Of a stretch of 64,000 nucleotides of DNA, positions 11,536-23,754 are shown one piece after another. Location: positions 95,331 through 159,330 of the forward strand of contig CAWAOA010000005.1 of NCBI GenBank assembly GCA_963783655.1, in the 5' to 3' direction. Both the position numbers and the translations under genes were made by a program. This DNA comes from an uncultured Chloroflexia bacterium. GTDB taxonomy: Bacteria; Chloroflexota; Anaerolineae; CG2-30-64-16. Under the pieces are notes generated by a model. It was given only the letters and a program-made list of their open reading frames with translations. It did not search any database and was not told the origin of the DNA. Position 1 is the stretch's first letter. Every line of letters starts with the position of its first letter.

Positions 11536-13495
11536 TTAGAGAATTTGATACGGCACTTCTGTGACTACGACACCCGGTTTGAACAGCAGGGCCAGCCGCA
11601 ACATCAGCGCGGTCTGGCTATGCAGCAGGTTATGCCAGGCGACGCGGGGCACGAACTGCGGGATGACGATCGTCAGCGTCTCGTTCGGCTGCTGAACCGG
11701 CGTAACCTTCTCCAGATATTCCAGCACCGGCTCAATTAGCAAACGATAAGGCGAGTCAAGCACGATCAGGCGCACCCCCTCGCCCCAGGTCTCCCATTTG
11801 CGGCGCACCTTCTCGCTCTCGATGGGATCGATCGAGACATACACGGCGGTTACGTCATCCGACAACGCCCGCGCATAGGAAAGCGCTGCCATTGTGCCGC
11901 GATGGACTCCGCCGATCAGCAAGACGACCCGGTGACGCCCAGAACGGGGCGACGCCCCAAACTGGTCGAGCGAGAGATGGGCGGCCAAGTCCTTGTAGTG
12001 GTGGTGAATCCGGAAGAAGAGGAACACGAGCGCCGGCACCAGCAGCACAATGATCCAAGCGCCGTCCTGGAATTTCGTGATTGCGAAGACGAACATGACA
12101 ACGCACGTACAGACGGCGCCCACCATGTTGATGGTCATCTTCAGGCGCCAGTTGGAATCATACCGCAGGACTGATCCCGGATCGACAACCTCTTCGCCGG
12201 GCGCCAGGCGCCCGCAGCGCCACCACCGCCGCGCCATTCCCGCCTGTGACAGCGTGAACGACAGGAACACACCGATCGCATAGAGCGGCAGGAGTGCCGT
12301 GACGCTGGCTCGGAAGAGCATGATCAGGCCGCACGCGATCAAAGCCAGAGCGACGATACCCGCGAGTAGACCAAGCGGCTGCCCTTAAATGTGAATTGAC
12401 GCGGCAGAAAACCGTCGCCCGCGTGCAGCGCTCCAAGGCGAGGGAAGTCGGCGAAAGCGGTGTTGGCCGCCATCAGTAGTATGAGCGTCGTTGAGGTCAG
12501 GGTCGCCAGGTAGAGTATGCCCCGGCCATCGTACACCGTACACGCAAGCTGCGAGATCACGGTTTCGGATTCCGACGGGACGGCGCCGATCTGACGAGCC
12601 AGGAAGGTGACGCCCAGCATTAGGCTGCCCAGGATAGCGGACATCCAGACCAGCGTTATTCCGGCGTTGTGGCTCTTCGGCTCGTGAAAGGCAGTGATTC
12701 CATTCGATATGGCTTCGACGCCGGTGAGAGCTGAAGTGCCCATCGAAAAGGCGCGCAGCAGAAGGAACACACTGATCGCCTGTGCGCCGCCCAGCATGGT
12801 CACCTCTGGCGGGTCAACCACAGAAGCGAGGCCGCCCGTAAGAAACTTGACCAGGCCTACTCCCACTGTCAGAAATGCCAGCGACAGGAACAAGTATGTG
12901 GGCACGGCAAAGAACTTGCCCGACTCCTTCACGCCGCGGAGGTTCATCAGCATCACGAGAAGGACCATGGCGACCGCGACGGGCACGGTGAAGGGTGTCA
13001 GCACAGGAAACGCCGACGTGATTTGGGCGACGCCCGACGAGACCGATACCGCAACCGTAAGGATATAGTCGGTGAGAAGGGCCGCGCCTGCGGTCTGTGC
13101 CGGCGCCTCTCCCAGGTTGTCGCGTGCCACAATGTAGGCCCCACCGCCGCCGGGATAGGCGTGGATTGTTTGCTCATAGGAGAGGGTCACGATGGCCAGC
13201 AGCGCCACGATACCAGCGCAAGTGGAACCGAGAAGGCGAGCCCCGCTACGCCGGCCAGGGCAAGCACCAGCATCAACTCCTGCGGCGCATACGCGACCGA
13301 AGACATGGCATCAGACGAGAAGACGGCAAGCCCAATCGTGCGGCCGATGGTTTGGTGGGGGGCGTCCGCCGTGGAGAGCGGGTGGCCGATCAGCCACGTA
13401 CGCCAGGACTTACCTGGCCGGAACTGCGACTCCCTCACCATGATGGAACTATCCGGTGTAGAATCCGTGTTATGTTGAGTACTATCAGCAATCAT
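11536..13495 (-). CDS. APC-superfamily permease, about 650 aa (12 TM plus a C-terminal cytoplasmic domain); possibly a K+ transporter of the KimA type; about 2 frameshifts
   Basis: Long hydrophobic protein with APC-like TM segments: GLAVFSSDAMSSVAYAPQE, ...GGGAYIVARDNLG... It lies 31 bp upstream of kdpD. Confidence 0.55.
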
Positions 13496-13773
13496 TCTTA
13501 TGTCCGTATGCAGCTTTGGAAGCGGTCACGAGGCCAGAGGGGATCGGATCCGTACTGCCAGATTTGTTCGACCCTCGGGAGCACAATGCCGGGACCCGAG
13601 GCCGCACTCCGCCAACCGATGTTCCGAGGGCACGCTCAGAGCTGGAGCCCGCGGCGGCCACCGAGCTGTGTCGATGCGCCGGGCCGGCCTCGTGACCGGC
13701 CCGGAAGAATTGGAGATCGCAAGGGGGAGGGCCGGTCGGCGCAGCGCGGATATGCGATACCGGTCCGGCAGAA

Positions 13774-14151
13774 TCAACTTTCGTCCCCCAATCCGGCCAC
13801 GACTACCGGCCGGTTGAAAAGCTGCGAGCATGTTCCGCTGCTTCCAGCATCACTGCTATCCAGCACTGGGATTGGCCACCGAACCTCCAGTCTTTGGTCT
13901 GGCACAATCAGTCTGTAAGTACAGCCGCCGGACGCCTCGGCATCCCGAATCGTCTCGCGCATGAGACCGGCGCTTTCAGCGTGAAGCCACATTGCGAGCA
14001 GAGTGAAGAACGCCAGCAGGATGGCGAGCTCCGCGACCGTATGTCCCGCCGGGGATAGACGCTCATGAGGCTCCCACCAGAACACGACCATCGTCGCAAT
14101 GAACATCAGATACAGGACCCACCACTTCGGCGCGGCTTCCCGGATACGCAT
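13774..14151 (-). CDS. small hypothetical membrane protein
   Basis: ORF with 2 predicted TM helices: WWVLYLMFIATMVVFWW and LAILLAFFTLLAMWL. The start was chosen at an internal Met. No recognisable domain. Confidence 0.3.
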   Translation of the reverse strand: MRIREAAPKWWVLYLMFIATMVVFWWEPHERLSPAGHTVAELAILLAFFTLLAMWLHAESAGLMRETIRDAEASGGCTYRLIVPDQRLEVRWPIPVLDSSDAGSSGTCSQLFNRPVVVAGLGDES

Positions 14152-14518
14152 ATCCACCTCCCAAATAGTCCTTGCCTTCCCCTGCCACCCGCCGGGTTCG
14201 TGCCAGGCATAGGACAACAAGTGCCACACGGGACCGGCGCCGAATGGCGCCGGTCTATGCTGCCTCAGTATAGGACTGCGCGAGATCAACCGGGCGTCAA
14301 GGGATGTCAAGAAATGGTCAAGCGGGCTGGGGGCGAAGCCAGTGCAGTTGATTTCAGCCCAATGACGTGGGGGATCGGGGGGACTTCAGTCGAACCGCGA
14401 TAAGTCAGCCGCGTAGCAGGGCACGCCGGCAGTACCGAGAGCCGGCGGCGCGACGGGATTGGCGTCCCGGCAGCAGGCTTGGCGGAGGGCAAGTTGTGGG
14501 ATCGGATCAGCAGGTGGA

Positions 14519-15708
14519 TCAGGCGCACCCAAGAGCGAGGTGCGGGTCAAGGAAAACGCTGACGGGGGCGAGGATCATGATCCTCGCCCCCGTCAGCGTT
14601 GGCGCCATCGCATGCCGGCTCAGTGGTTTCCGGGCGGCGCGGAGCCTGGCACGGGGAACTCTTCCTCCCTCCATGCTGCTCCCTATGCGTACAACCAGCA
14701 CTCCACAACATGCCCCGGATCCCGCTCGATCGCCGGCGGCGCCTCGACGGAGCATTGCGGCATTGCGAACGGGCAGCGGGGGTGGAAGCGGCAGCCCGGA
14801 GGCACGTTCGCCGCGGAAGGCACCATGTCTCGGATCGGCACGGTGTTGCGCTTCACGTCGGGTCAGGCACGGGCACGGCTGCGACCAGCGCCTGGGTATA
14901 GGGGTGCAGCGGGTTGCTGATCGACCGCACTGGGTTGGCCCCGTCTCGACGACGCGGCCCAGGTACATGATCGCCGTCCGCTGGCACATGTACTGGATCA
15001 GCGACAGATCGTGTGAGATGTAGACCACAGCCAGGTTGAGCTGCGCCGAGAGCCGCTTCATGAGGTTGAGCACGCTGGCCCGCACCGACACGTCCAGCAT
15101 CGAGACCGGCTCGTCGGCCACCACGAAGGCCGGCTCCAGCACCAGGGCGCGCGCCAGTACCACACGCTGGAGCTGCCCGCCGCTCATCTGGTGCGGGTAC
15201 TTGTGCAGGAAGGTGCTCGGCGGGCTGCAGGTTCACCGCTTCCAGCGCCTGCGCCGACGCGCTGCCCGCCCTTCCGGATCGCCGTCAGCCCATGGATGAT
15301 CAGCGGTTCGAGGATGGCGCGCTCGATGGTGAAGCGCGGGTTGAGCGCCTCGTATGGGTTCTGGAACATGAGCTGCGCCTGCCGCCGGAACGCCTTCAGG
15401 GCTGTCGCCGTCCAGCTGCGCGACGATCCTGTGCCCTCGAACAGCACCTGGCCCCTCGTGGGTGCGCGTCAGCTGCAGGAGCAGCTTGCCGGTCGTCGTC
15501 TTGCCGCAGCCACTCTCGCCGGCCAGGCCCAGCGCCTCGCCGCGGTCGCAGGTGAAGCGAGACGCCGTCGACGGCGCGCACGCTGCCGCGTCGGCGCTGC
15601 CGCCCAGGGCGCCAGAACGCCCCGTGCGCAGCGGGTAGTGCTTCTACACGTCGCGCAGCTCGACGATCGGCGGGCGCGAGTGCCGCCTATACGCTCAGTT
15701 TCTGCCAT
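14519..15708 (-). CDS. oppF: peptide ABC transporter ATP-binding protein (OppF/DppF-like); frameshifts plus one in-frame TAG
   Basis: Walker [12 protein letters not shown] (frame-recovered), signature [15 protein letters not shown], Walker [12 protein letters not shown]. Confidence 0.75.
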
Positions 15709-16718
15709 GTTTCCGCATCCTGGGCCTGGGCCCTCAGCGCCTCCGCCTCGTGCATCCGGTGACAGGCGACGTAATGTGGCCGCTTTCGACATCGAGGTAG
15801 CGGCGGCTCCTCGGTGCGGCAGATCTCGATCGCAAAGGGGCAGCGCGGTGCGAAGCGGCAGCCTGTCGGTGGGTTGAGCAGGCTCGGGCAGGTGAGCCCT
15901 CGATCGACAATCAGCGCGTCGCGGCTCCAGAAGATTGGGGAAGGCGCTCTTCAGGCCCATCGTGTAGGGGTGGAGCGGGCTGGCTGGAAGATCGTGCTGC
16001 ACCGGGCCCGCTCTCGACCACCTGCCCGGCATACATCACCACCACGTCCTGGCACGTCTGCGGCCACCACCGACATGTCGTGCGTGATCATGATCACCGA
16101 GATGCCCAGGCGCTCCTGCAGGTCGCGCATCACCTCGAGCACCTGGTCCTGCACGATCACGTCGAGGGCCGTGACCGGCTCGTCGGCGATGACCAGCGAT
16201 GGGTGCAGCGCCAGCGCCATGGCGATCACGGCGCGCTGCTTCATGCCGCCGCTGAACTCGTGCGGATAGTTGCGCAGGCGCGCCGTCGTCCAGTCCGACC
16301 AGCTGCGAAGAGCTCGGCCTGCGCGCACTCGGGCTTCGGAATGATTCATCCCGCCGCGGTCGCTCAGCACTTCCAGGAACTGGCTCTCAAGCCGGTAGAC
16401 CGGATCGAGCGAGTCCATCGACGACTGGGGCACCATCGCGATCTCGCGCCAGCGCAAGTCGCGCATCTGGCGCTCTGGGAGAGCGACCAGATCTCGCCCC
16501 TTGAAGGCGATCTGCCCGCCGGTCGATGCGCATGTTGCGCGGCATCACGCGCATGATCGCCCGGCCGACGGTCGTCTTGCCGCAGCCGCTCTCGCCGATC
16601 AGCCCCAGGCTGCGCCCCTCTTGCACGGCGAAGCTGACCCCGTCCACGGCGACGCTGCGGGCCGTACGCTGTGCTGTAGGAGGCACGACAGGTCACGCAA
16701 TTCGAGTAGTGCGGCCAT
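15687..16718 (-). CDS. oppD: peptide ABC transporter ATP-binding protein (OppD/DppD-like); frameshifts
   Basis: [37 protein letters not shown], and C-terminal [12 protein letters not shown] plus a cysteine-rich tail. Confidence 0.75.
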
Positions 16719-16719
16719 C

Positions 16720-17658
16720 TTAGTGCTCCCTCAGCCGTGGGAACAGCAGCTCTTCGGTACCACGGCCGATGAAGAAGCCGGCCATGACCATCAGCATGAT
16801 GCACACGCCCGGCGGGATAATCCAGCTCCATGCCCCGCGCGACATCGCCTGCGCCTGATAGGCATCTTGCAGCATGTAGCCCCAACTGACGATCTTCGGG
16901 TCGCCAAAGCCCAGGAAGCTCACGCTGGCCTCCGTCAGGATCGCCCAGCCCATCGCCAGCGAGCCGTACAGGAACGACAGCGGCAGGACGTTCGGCGCCA
17001 CGTAGACGAAGAGGATGCGCCACGGGCTGGCGCCGGCCACACGTGCGGCCTCGACGAAATCACGCTCCTTGACCACCAGCACTTGCGAGCGGATGACCCG
17101 CGCCGTGTTGCACCAGAGCAATAACCCCATTGCCAGCACGATGTTCCACAGGCTCGGCTTGAGGAAGGCCACCAGCACCACCACGAACGGCAGGAACGGG
17201 ATGCCGAAGGCGAGGTCGGCCAGGCGCATCAACACGCTGTCCACCCAGCCACCGAAATAGCCGGCGATCAGGCCGACAATCGTGCCGATGGCAACGACCA
17301 TGAAGGCTGCCGAGAAGCCTACCATGATCGCCGGCCGGGCGCCGAACACGAGCTGGGAGAAGATGTCGCGCCCCATGTTGGTGGTCCCGAGCATGAAGCG
17401 AGACGAAGGAGCCTGGTTGGTGAGCCACTTCGTGCCGTCCTTGACGACGAGCAGCGGGTCGAAGGGCGCCAAAAGCGGGCCGAAAACGGCGACGAGGATG
17501 AAAAAGCCATAGATGATCAGGCCGGCGAACGCAAATCGGTCGCGGCGCATGGCGATCCACATCGCACGTAACGATGAGGGCGGAGCACTGGAAGTGCCGG
17601 CTTCGTCGAAACGCAGCGGGGCCGCCGTCTCGGCCGGCACGGACACCTCGGCGGTCAT
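16720..17658 (-). CDS. oppC: peptide ABC transporter permease (OppC/DppC-like)
   Basis: BPD-transporter-like TM protein: ...LGTTNMGRDIFSQLVFGAR...EAARVAGASPWRILFVYVAPN. Confidence 0.8.
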   Translation of the reverse strand: MTAEVSVPAETAAPLRFDEAGTSSAPPSSLRAMWIAMRRDRFAFAGLIIYGFFILVAVFGPLLAPFDPLLVVKDGTKWLTNQAPSSRFMLGTTNMGRDIFSQLVFGARPAIMVGFSAAFMVVAIGTIVGLIAGYFGGWVDSVLMRLADLAFGIPFLPFVVVLVAFLKPSLWNIVLAMGLLLWCNTARVIRSQVLVVKERDFVEAARVAGASPWRILFVYVAPNVLPLSFLYGSLAMGWAILTEASVSFLGFGDPKIVSWGYMLQDAYQAQAMSRGAWSWIIPPGVCIMLMVMAGFFIGRGTEELLFPRLREH

Positions 17659-18655
17659 GCGGTCACCTCCTTCGACTTCCCCACCCGAGGATCGAGCAGG
17701 TAGTAGAGGACATCGGCGATCATGTTCAGCAAGATCATGATCGCGGCAATTGTCAGGAAGGCGCCTTGAGCCACCGGATAGTCGCGAGCCGATACCGCGC
17801 GCACGAGCATGCGTCCCAACCCCGGCCAACTGAAGATCGTCTCGACGACCACATCACCTCCAACAGCATAACCAACTCCCAGGGCCATCGCGGTGACCAC
17901 CGGCAGCAGCGCATTGCGAGCGGCATGGCGCAACATGATGGTCCATTCGCCGATCCCTTCATGCGCGCCAGCGTTACAAAATCTTCCTGCATCACGTCCA
18001 ACATGTTGCTGCGCATCAGCAAGAGGGGCAGGCCCTGTAGATAGAAAGCCATCGTCATCGCGGGCAGCACCAGATGCCGCCAGTAGTCGAGGCTGAAGAA
18101 CTGATTCAAGAAGCTCGGGTAGATCACGCCCGGGCTGGTAGCGCCGCTGGCCGGCAGCCATTGGAGCTTGAACGCGAAGATGGTAAGCAGGATCATGCCC
18201 ACCCAAAATTCGGGAGCCGAACGCGAAACCAGCGTATAAAGGATCCCGGCGCCTTCCAGCCGGCTGCCGCGGCGCCAGGCCAGCAGGCCGCCGGCCACGA
18301 TGCCGAATACATACGCCAACACCAGAGGGATTATCGCCAGTACCAGCGTGTTAGGCAGCAGCTCCAGCATGACGTCGGCGACAGGCTTCTTATAGAAAAA
18401 GGAGTCGCCCAGATTGCCCTTCACGAGGTTGCCCATATAGATGAAATACTGCGCGCTTAGCGGCTTATCCAGGCCGAACTGCTCGGTCAGCAGCCGTTGC
18501 TGTTCCTCGGTGAAGGTCGGGCTGATATAGGCCACCAGCGGGTTGCCGGGCATCAGTCGAAACATGAAAAACAGGATTGTCGCGATCGCGATAAGCACCA
18601 GCAGGCGTTCGCCAAGCCGGGTAGCTATCGCACGCACGGTACGCCAAGAGGCCAT
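17655..18655 (-). CDS. oppB: peptide ABC transporter permease (OppB/DppB-like); frameshift near 18200
   Basis: MLRHAARNALLPVVT...IFSWPGLGRMLVRAV motif. ATGA overlap with oppC. Confidence 0.75.
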
Positions 18656-18776
18656 GTCACTGCTCCCGAAAAGCCCAGGCGGCGAGTGAAACGCCCGCCG
18701 CCTGGGATAGGGCTGGCTAAAGTGATTCAGAGGATGGGGACGGAACGCTCCGTCCCCATCACAGCCGCAGGTAGGT

Positions 18777-20607
18777 CTACTTCCCGGCCAAGGTTTCGGT
18801 CTTGCCCGCCGGATACATCAGGCGCCCCTGGGCGTCCCATTCGTAGCCGTGCTCTTTCAACAGGGCCTTGGCCTTCTCAACGCTCGGCTCCCAGGTCTTG
18901 ACCGTGCTGTCGTACCAGGCCTTCATGCTGGGAGAGATGATGTTCGTCGCAGCCACACCGCGGCCCTTGGCCACACCGTTGATGATACCGTCCTTGTCGA
19001 TCGCCATCGCCAACGCCTGGCGGAAGTAGATGTCATCGAACGGCGCGCGGCGCAGGTTGTAGGCGAGGAAGCGTGAGCCCAGCTCGATGGTCGAGACCAT
19101 CTGCAGCTTGGGATCCTTCTTGACCTCTGCCGCCAACAGCTCGGGATCGCCGCCGAAGAAGCTGATGAAGTTCAGTTCGCCCGAGTGCATCATGCCCAAT
19201 ACCGCCTCGGGGTTTGCTACGAACCGCAGCACCCACCGGCGCATCTTCGGGGCGGCCCAGTGATCGGTGTTGGCCTCGAGCACAACCTCCTCGGATTGCT
19301 TCCAGGCCACGAACTTGAACGGGCCTGAGCCGATGGGGGTCTTCTCCTGGTACTTCTCGGCGTTTTCGGGCTTGGTCGCCAGATCCTTCAGCACAGGTTC
19401 CCAAATGTGCTTCGGGATCAGGTTGATCTTGGCCAGCGATGCGGTCTCGAACGGCACGTACGCGTTCTTGAGTGTGAAGCGGACGGAGTCGGCGCCCTTG
19501 GCCTCCATCTTGTCGATAGAGGTCACGAACGGCTTGTACATGGGCACTTCTTCACCCATTGGCGCCTGGAACGAGAAGATCACGTCGTCAATGGTGACGG
19601 GCTGACCGTCGTGCCACTTCATGCCCTTGCGCAGCGTTACGTCTACTGTCTTCGAGTCAACCCACTCGACCTTCTCGGCTGCCCACGGCTGGGCCAGACC
19701 TTCGGTATTGATGCGCATCAGGCGGTCCCACACCAACTCGGTGACCCATGAGTCGGTGCCGCCGCTGATGTAGAGCGGGTTCATGGCCGTGATGATCGGG
19801 CCGCTGACCAACACCATGTCCTTCTGGTTACCCTTTGGCGTCGCCTTGATGAAAGTCCAGAAGTTCTTGGCGCCGATGCCGGCTTGCTCCACAATGGTAG
19901 CCGGATCCCAGACGTCCTTGTTGAAGACGAAGTCCTGATACTGGTGGATGTAGAAGTCGTACGGCTGGTCGTTCGCCAGGATCTGCTCCGCCTGCTTGAC
20001 AAGCTCCACACGCTTCTTGGGGTCTGTCTCTGAGCGCTGAGCTTCGATGATCTTCTCGTACGCGGGGTTGTTGTAGCCGACGAAGTTGTAGCCCTTCTCG
20101 GCCGTCGAGGAGTGGAACAGGTTGTAGATCAGTTCGTCAGGGTCAGATCGCTCGGCGCGGCCGACCATCTGCCACAGCGTGAAGTCCCACTTCTGACGCT
20201 GGTACCAGACGAGCTCCGACACCTGTTCCCACGGCATCGCATTCAGCTCGACATCCAGGCCGATCGCCTTGAGAGCCTCGGCGGTGTAGCGTGCCATCTC
20301 GAATTCTTTGGGGTCAGAGCCCTGGTCCTGTGTGGTCAGGGCGAGCTTGCGGATCACGCGTGCCTTGGGGTCGCCCGCGGCAGCCGCCGGGGCCGCGGCC
20401 TTGGTGGCGGCGGGGGCGGCAGGAGCCGCGGTTGCGGCAGCCGGGGCGGCCGGCGCCGCGGTGGCCGCAGCCGGAGCCTTGGCGGGCGCAGAAGTTGGGC
20501 GCCGCGGTTGGGGCGGCAGGGGCCGGGGCCGGCGACGCGCAGGCGCTGATCGCCGTCAGGATCATCACGGCGATGACCAGTTGATGGAGCCACTTGGCGC
20601 TTCTCAT
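18777..20607 (-). CDS. oppA: family-5 peptide/nickel substrate-binding lipoprotein (OppA/DppA-like) with a long Ala/Pro-rich linker after a lipobox signal peptide
   Basis: Signal MRSAKWLHQLVIAVMILTAISACAS; linker (AAPAAATAAPAAPAA)n; SBP_bac_5-like body ...YNFVGYNNPAYEKI...GSGPFKFVAWKQSE.... Confidence 0.8.
20380..20525. repeat. GC-rich tandem repeat of about 30 nt period that encodes the Ala/Pro linker of oppA
   Basis: Repeated GCAGCCGGGGCGGCCGGCGCCGCGGTGGCC-like units. Confidence 0.5.
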
Positions 20608-20716
20608 ATTCTCGTCCTCCAGAATGGGTGCATTGGATTCACGATCATGTCTTGGCTGGGCAGTAGGCCTTACCAGGCCAGAAATTCGATGTGACGAGCC
20701 GGTTTCCTCCTCTCTG

Positions 20717-22479
20717 TCATCGCAGCGATGCAGGTCGAACTGGCAAATCGACCTGTAAAGCGGCCCTCACTTCTCGACTGGCCTGCCGCACGGCATTGAC
20801 CACGCGGTTCTGGCCGCGGACCAACGACGCGACCGTGAAGTGGGCGATATCGGTTTCGGGTGACAGTCGACCCAGCCGCAGCGCCGGCGCCAGGTCGGGC
20901 AGCGGGCGGATCGGGGTGGCCGGATCGTGGCGGAACCGGCCGGTGCGCCCGTAGTTGATGGGCACCAGCACGCCGCGCCAGGCGCATGATGGCCTCGTTG
21001 ATGCGCGCACAGCCGGCCCGGTCTCCGTTTGCCCGGGCCGTTTCGGCGGCAGCGTAAAGCCCGACCAGATTCGGACCGCAGCGCCTCGACCGCGGCCCTG
21101 GCGGGACTGAGATCGAAGCGACCGGCTGCCGCCAGCGCATAGTCGTCGAGCACGCCGGCGAACTCGTCGGCCACTGCCAGGAAATCGAAGGGATAGATGT
21201 CGCTGTTGGCGACGCGGCTCAGCGCCGTGATGTAGACCTTGATATCGCGCAGCAGGTTGTCGCGGTCGGCCACCTGGATCCCGTCATCCTCGGTGTGCCA
21301 TTCGATGTTTCCGCCACAGCCCCCCACGTCGTACAACCCTTCGGCTTGAATCGCCGCCTGGGGCTTGCTCGAGAGCAGCATGAAGAATGAGCTGATACCG
21401 ATGTTGTTGAAGGAGTAATCGCCGGCGCGATGCGGGCGCTCGCCGTAAGCCGGCACGCCGGCAGCATCGTGGATCGCCTGCTTGCAGAAACGATCGGTCT
21501 CGGGCATCCACGAGATGCCGTAGTAGGCCGTTGCACCGCGACAGCCGGGCGAGTCGATGTTTACCTGCGCGATGCAGTTCTCGGCCAGGTCAAGCGCGAA
21601 TGTGTCGGCATACCAGGTCGAGCCGGCGTAGCGGCCCGTGGAGTGGCCCGGCCACCAGGCAAGGCGGATGCTGCGGCGCAGCTGCCCGCGGTTGTTCCAG
21701 AACACGCGCGCCAGCTCCAGGATCGCAGCGTTGCCCACCGCGTTGTCACCGCCGCCAACGCCCCAGGAGTCCAGGTGGCCGTGGGCCAGCACGAACTTCT
21801 CCGGTTCTTCCGTGCCGCGGATCTCGGCCACCAGCAGCGGAACCTGCTTCCAGCGCTGGTCGGAGAGCGAATGGATCGTCACCTCGCACCCGCGCTCCCC
21901 GGCACGCGCGGCGAGCGCCAGCCCGTCTGACCGGTTGACCGCCAGCACGGGGGTGTTGGGGATGCGATCCATCGAGTCAAGATCGGGCATGCCCCAGACG
22001 GTGGTCGCGATGCCCCAATGGCTGTTCTGGCCGGGGTTGATGTAGATCTGGCCGATCGCACCCCGCTGCTCGAAGTCGAGGCAGCACTCAGGGTTGGCGA
22101 GCCCTTCCGACAGCACGATCTTGCCGGCCACGTCGTAGCGACCCGGCCCATAGTCCAGGTCGACGTACGTCTGCACGTCGTCAGGCGAATCGGCGGGCAC
22201 GTAGACCAGCTCGCCCGTCAGCCCCTTCGGGGGCGTGTTGGCCGAGAACGCCTGCGCCTTGGCCGGCATGTAGCGGCCGTCGAGCTCCACATGCGCAGAG
22301 ATCGGCACCGACAGGTACAGCTCAGGTTCGTAATAGTTGTACGGCACGCCCAATGCGTCGAGCTGGCGGCGGATATAGTCGAACGCCAGGCGTTCCTCTG
22401 CGCTGCCCGACTCGCGAACGATGGTGGTGAAATACTCAACCAGCGGCCAGGCTACGTCCAGATTGGCCCCGGCGAGCAT
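20717..22479 (-). CDS. M28-family peptidase with a PA domain (aminopeptidase-like); frameshift near the C-terminus (about 21000)
   Basis: ...FVLAHGHLDSWGVGGGDNAVGNAAILELARVF...WWPGHSTGRYAGSTWY... (M28 zinc-binding motifs). Confidence 0.7.
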
Positions 22480-22525
22480 CGAGGCTCTCGGCGGTCTCGA
22501 TTGCGGTTTGGCTCATGTCCCCTCC

Positions 22526-23230
22526 CTATCCGCAGCACGGATTGGCGACAATGCCGGCAGCGATCTTGGGCGGCGTGGGATACGACAGCGGGCTGTAGGT
22601 CAGGTGGTTGCAGACCAGTACTTCCGCCATCTTGAGGGCGGAAACCAGGGGATTGACCACCGGGATGCCTAGGTCGGCCTGGAGGCGTTCGGAGTAGAAG
22701 GAGAGGCTGGCGCAGCCCATCGTCAGGACATCGGCATGGTCGCGCTCAATGGCGTCTTTGGCAGTAGCGATCACGGCCTGATAGGTACTCTCCTCGCCGC
22801 GGCGCACGACCTCGACCGGAATGCCGATGGAGCGCACGCTGGCCAGCTTCTGGCTGACGCCGACCCGGTGTGCCAGCTCGTAAGTCGAGCGGACGACGCT
22901 GTCGAGGATGGTGATGATGGAGAATTTGTAGCCCAACATGGCCGCCAGGAGCATGCCCGACTCGCCGGGCCCGGTGACCGGGATACGCACCAGCTCGCGG
23001 GCGGCGTCCAGCCCTGGATCGCCGGCACAGCCGGTAATCACGCCCTCGTAGCCCTCGCGCTCCGCCTGAAGCACCGACTCGATCATCACGGGGATATACA
23101 GATACTCCTCGTACATCGACTCGATCGTCTTCGGGCCGTCCTTGCGGTCGATACAACCGACCTCAGTGCCGGGGAACGCCTTCGACTGCAGGTAAGCGCG
23201 GCGATCCTCACCCCCCAGGTAACACAAACG
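22526..23230 (-). CDS. Asp/Glu/hydantoin racemase family protein
   Basis: ...GYEGVITGCAGDPGLDAARE...ADVLTMGCASLSF..., two Cys-containing half-sites typical of the family. Confidence 0.6.
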   Translation of the reverse strand, partial: RLCYLGGEDRRAYLQSKAFPGTEVGCIDRKDGPKTIESMYEEYLYIPVMIESVLQAEREGYEGVITGCAGDPGLDAARELVRIPVTGPGESGMLLAAMLGYKFSIITILDSVVRSTYELAHRVGVSQKLASVRSIGIPVEVVRRGEESTYQAVIATAKDAIERDHADVLTMGCASLSFYSERLQADLGIPVVNPLVSALKMAEVLVCNHLTYSPLSYPTPPKIAAGIVANPCCG

Positions 23231-23532
23231 CATAGGTCTCCTCCGATGGCCATACAATTCGCGGCACGCTGACGGCGCGAGCAGCCGCGGCGATACGCCG
23301 AAGACGACCGGCTATGGTCAAGGGTGACGACACTGTGAAGACGAATCTGTCCTGGTTGCGGCAGTGCGGGTTCAGCGATGAACCGGAGGAGAGCGCCCTG
23401 AGGCCGCCGGACGATGGCTGGCGCAATCGAGAAGCCGGCCGGGTACAGGGAGCAGACGGTCCAAAATGGACTGGCGGGATATTAGTACAGAACCCCGCTT
23501 TGCGCAAATGCCGAAAAATGCCCGGGGCGCTT

Positions 23533-23567
23533 TGACTGCCGGACAGCCGTGGGCTAAGATGTTGCCG
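23533..23567 (+). promoter_or_regulatory. sigma70-like promoter: TTGACT, 17-nt spacer, TAAGAT
   Basis: Sequence motifs only. About 190 nt upstream of the DnaJ-FGE start. Confidence 0.3.
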
Positions 23568-23642
23568 GTGCGGACGCAGAGGGAGGTGAGGGGAACTGCT
23601 CTCTCCCAACACACCCATTATAGCACGACAGGGGCACGAAAA

Positions 23643-23667
23643 GTACGGCCAGATGGCCGTTTTTATC
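23643..23667 (+). terminator. small intrinsic-terminator-like hairpin CGGCC-agat-GGCCG followed by TTTTTAT, inside the 5' leader of the DnaJ-FGE gene
   Basis: 5-bp GC stem plus T-run, about 75-95 nt downstream of the predicted promoter. Confidence 0.3.
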
Positions 23668-23754
23668 GCGCAGTTTTCCTGGTATCCTCGACTGGCCCTG
23701 ACCCCGGCAGAGTGCATCTTCCGGGATCATGCCAATTCCCAAAGGAGAGATCGG

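Noticed and set aside
11505-11540. Promoter-like CATAAT element about 25 nt upstream of kdpD
   Set aside because: No convincing -35 partner. The 31-bp intergenic gap suggests co-transcription with the APC permease instead.
20308-20694. Ala-rich 128-aa and 97-aa ORFs on both strands at 20290-20700
   Set aside because: They are produced by the GC-rich tandem repeat encoding the Ala/Pro linker of oppA. Only the minus-strand oppA frame connects to a signal peptide and the SBP domain.
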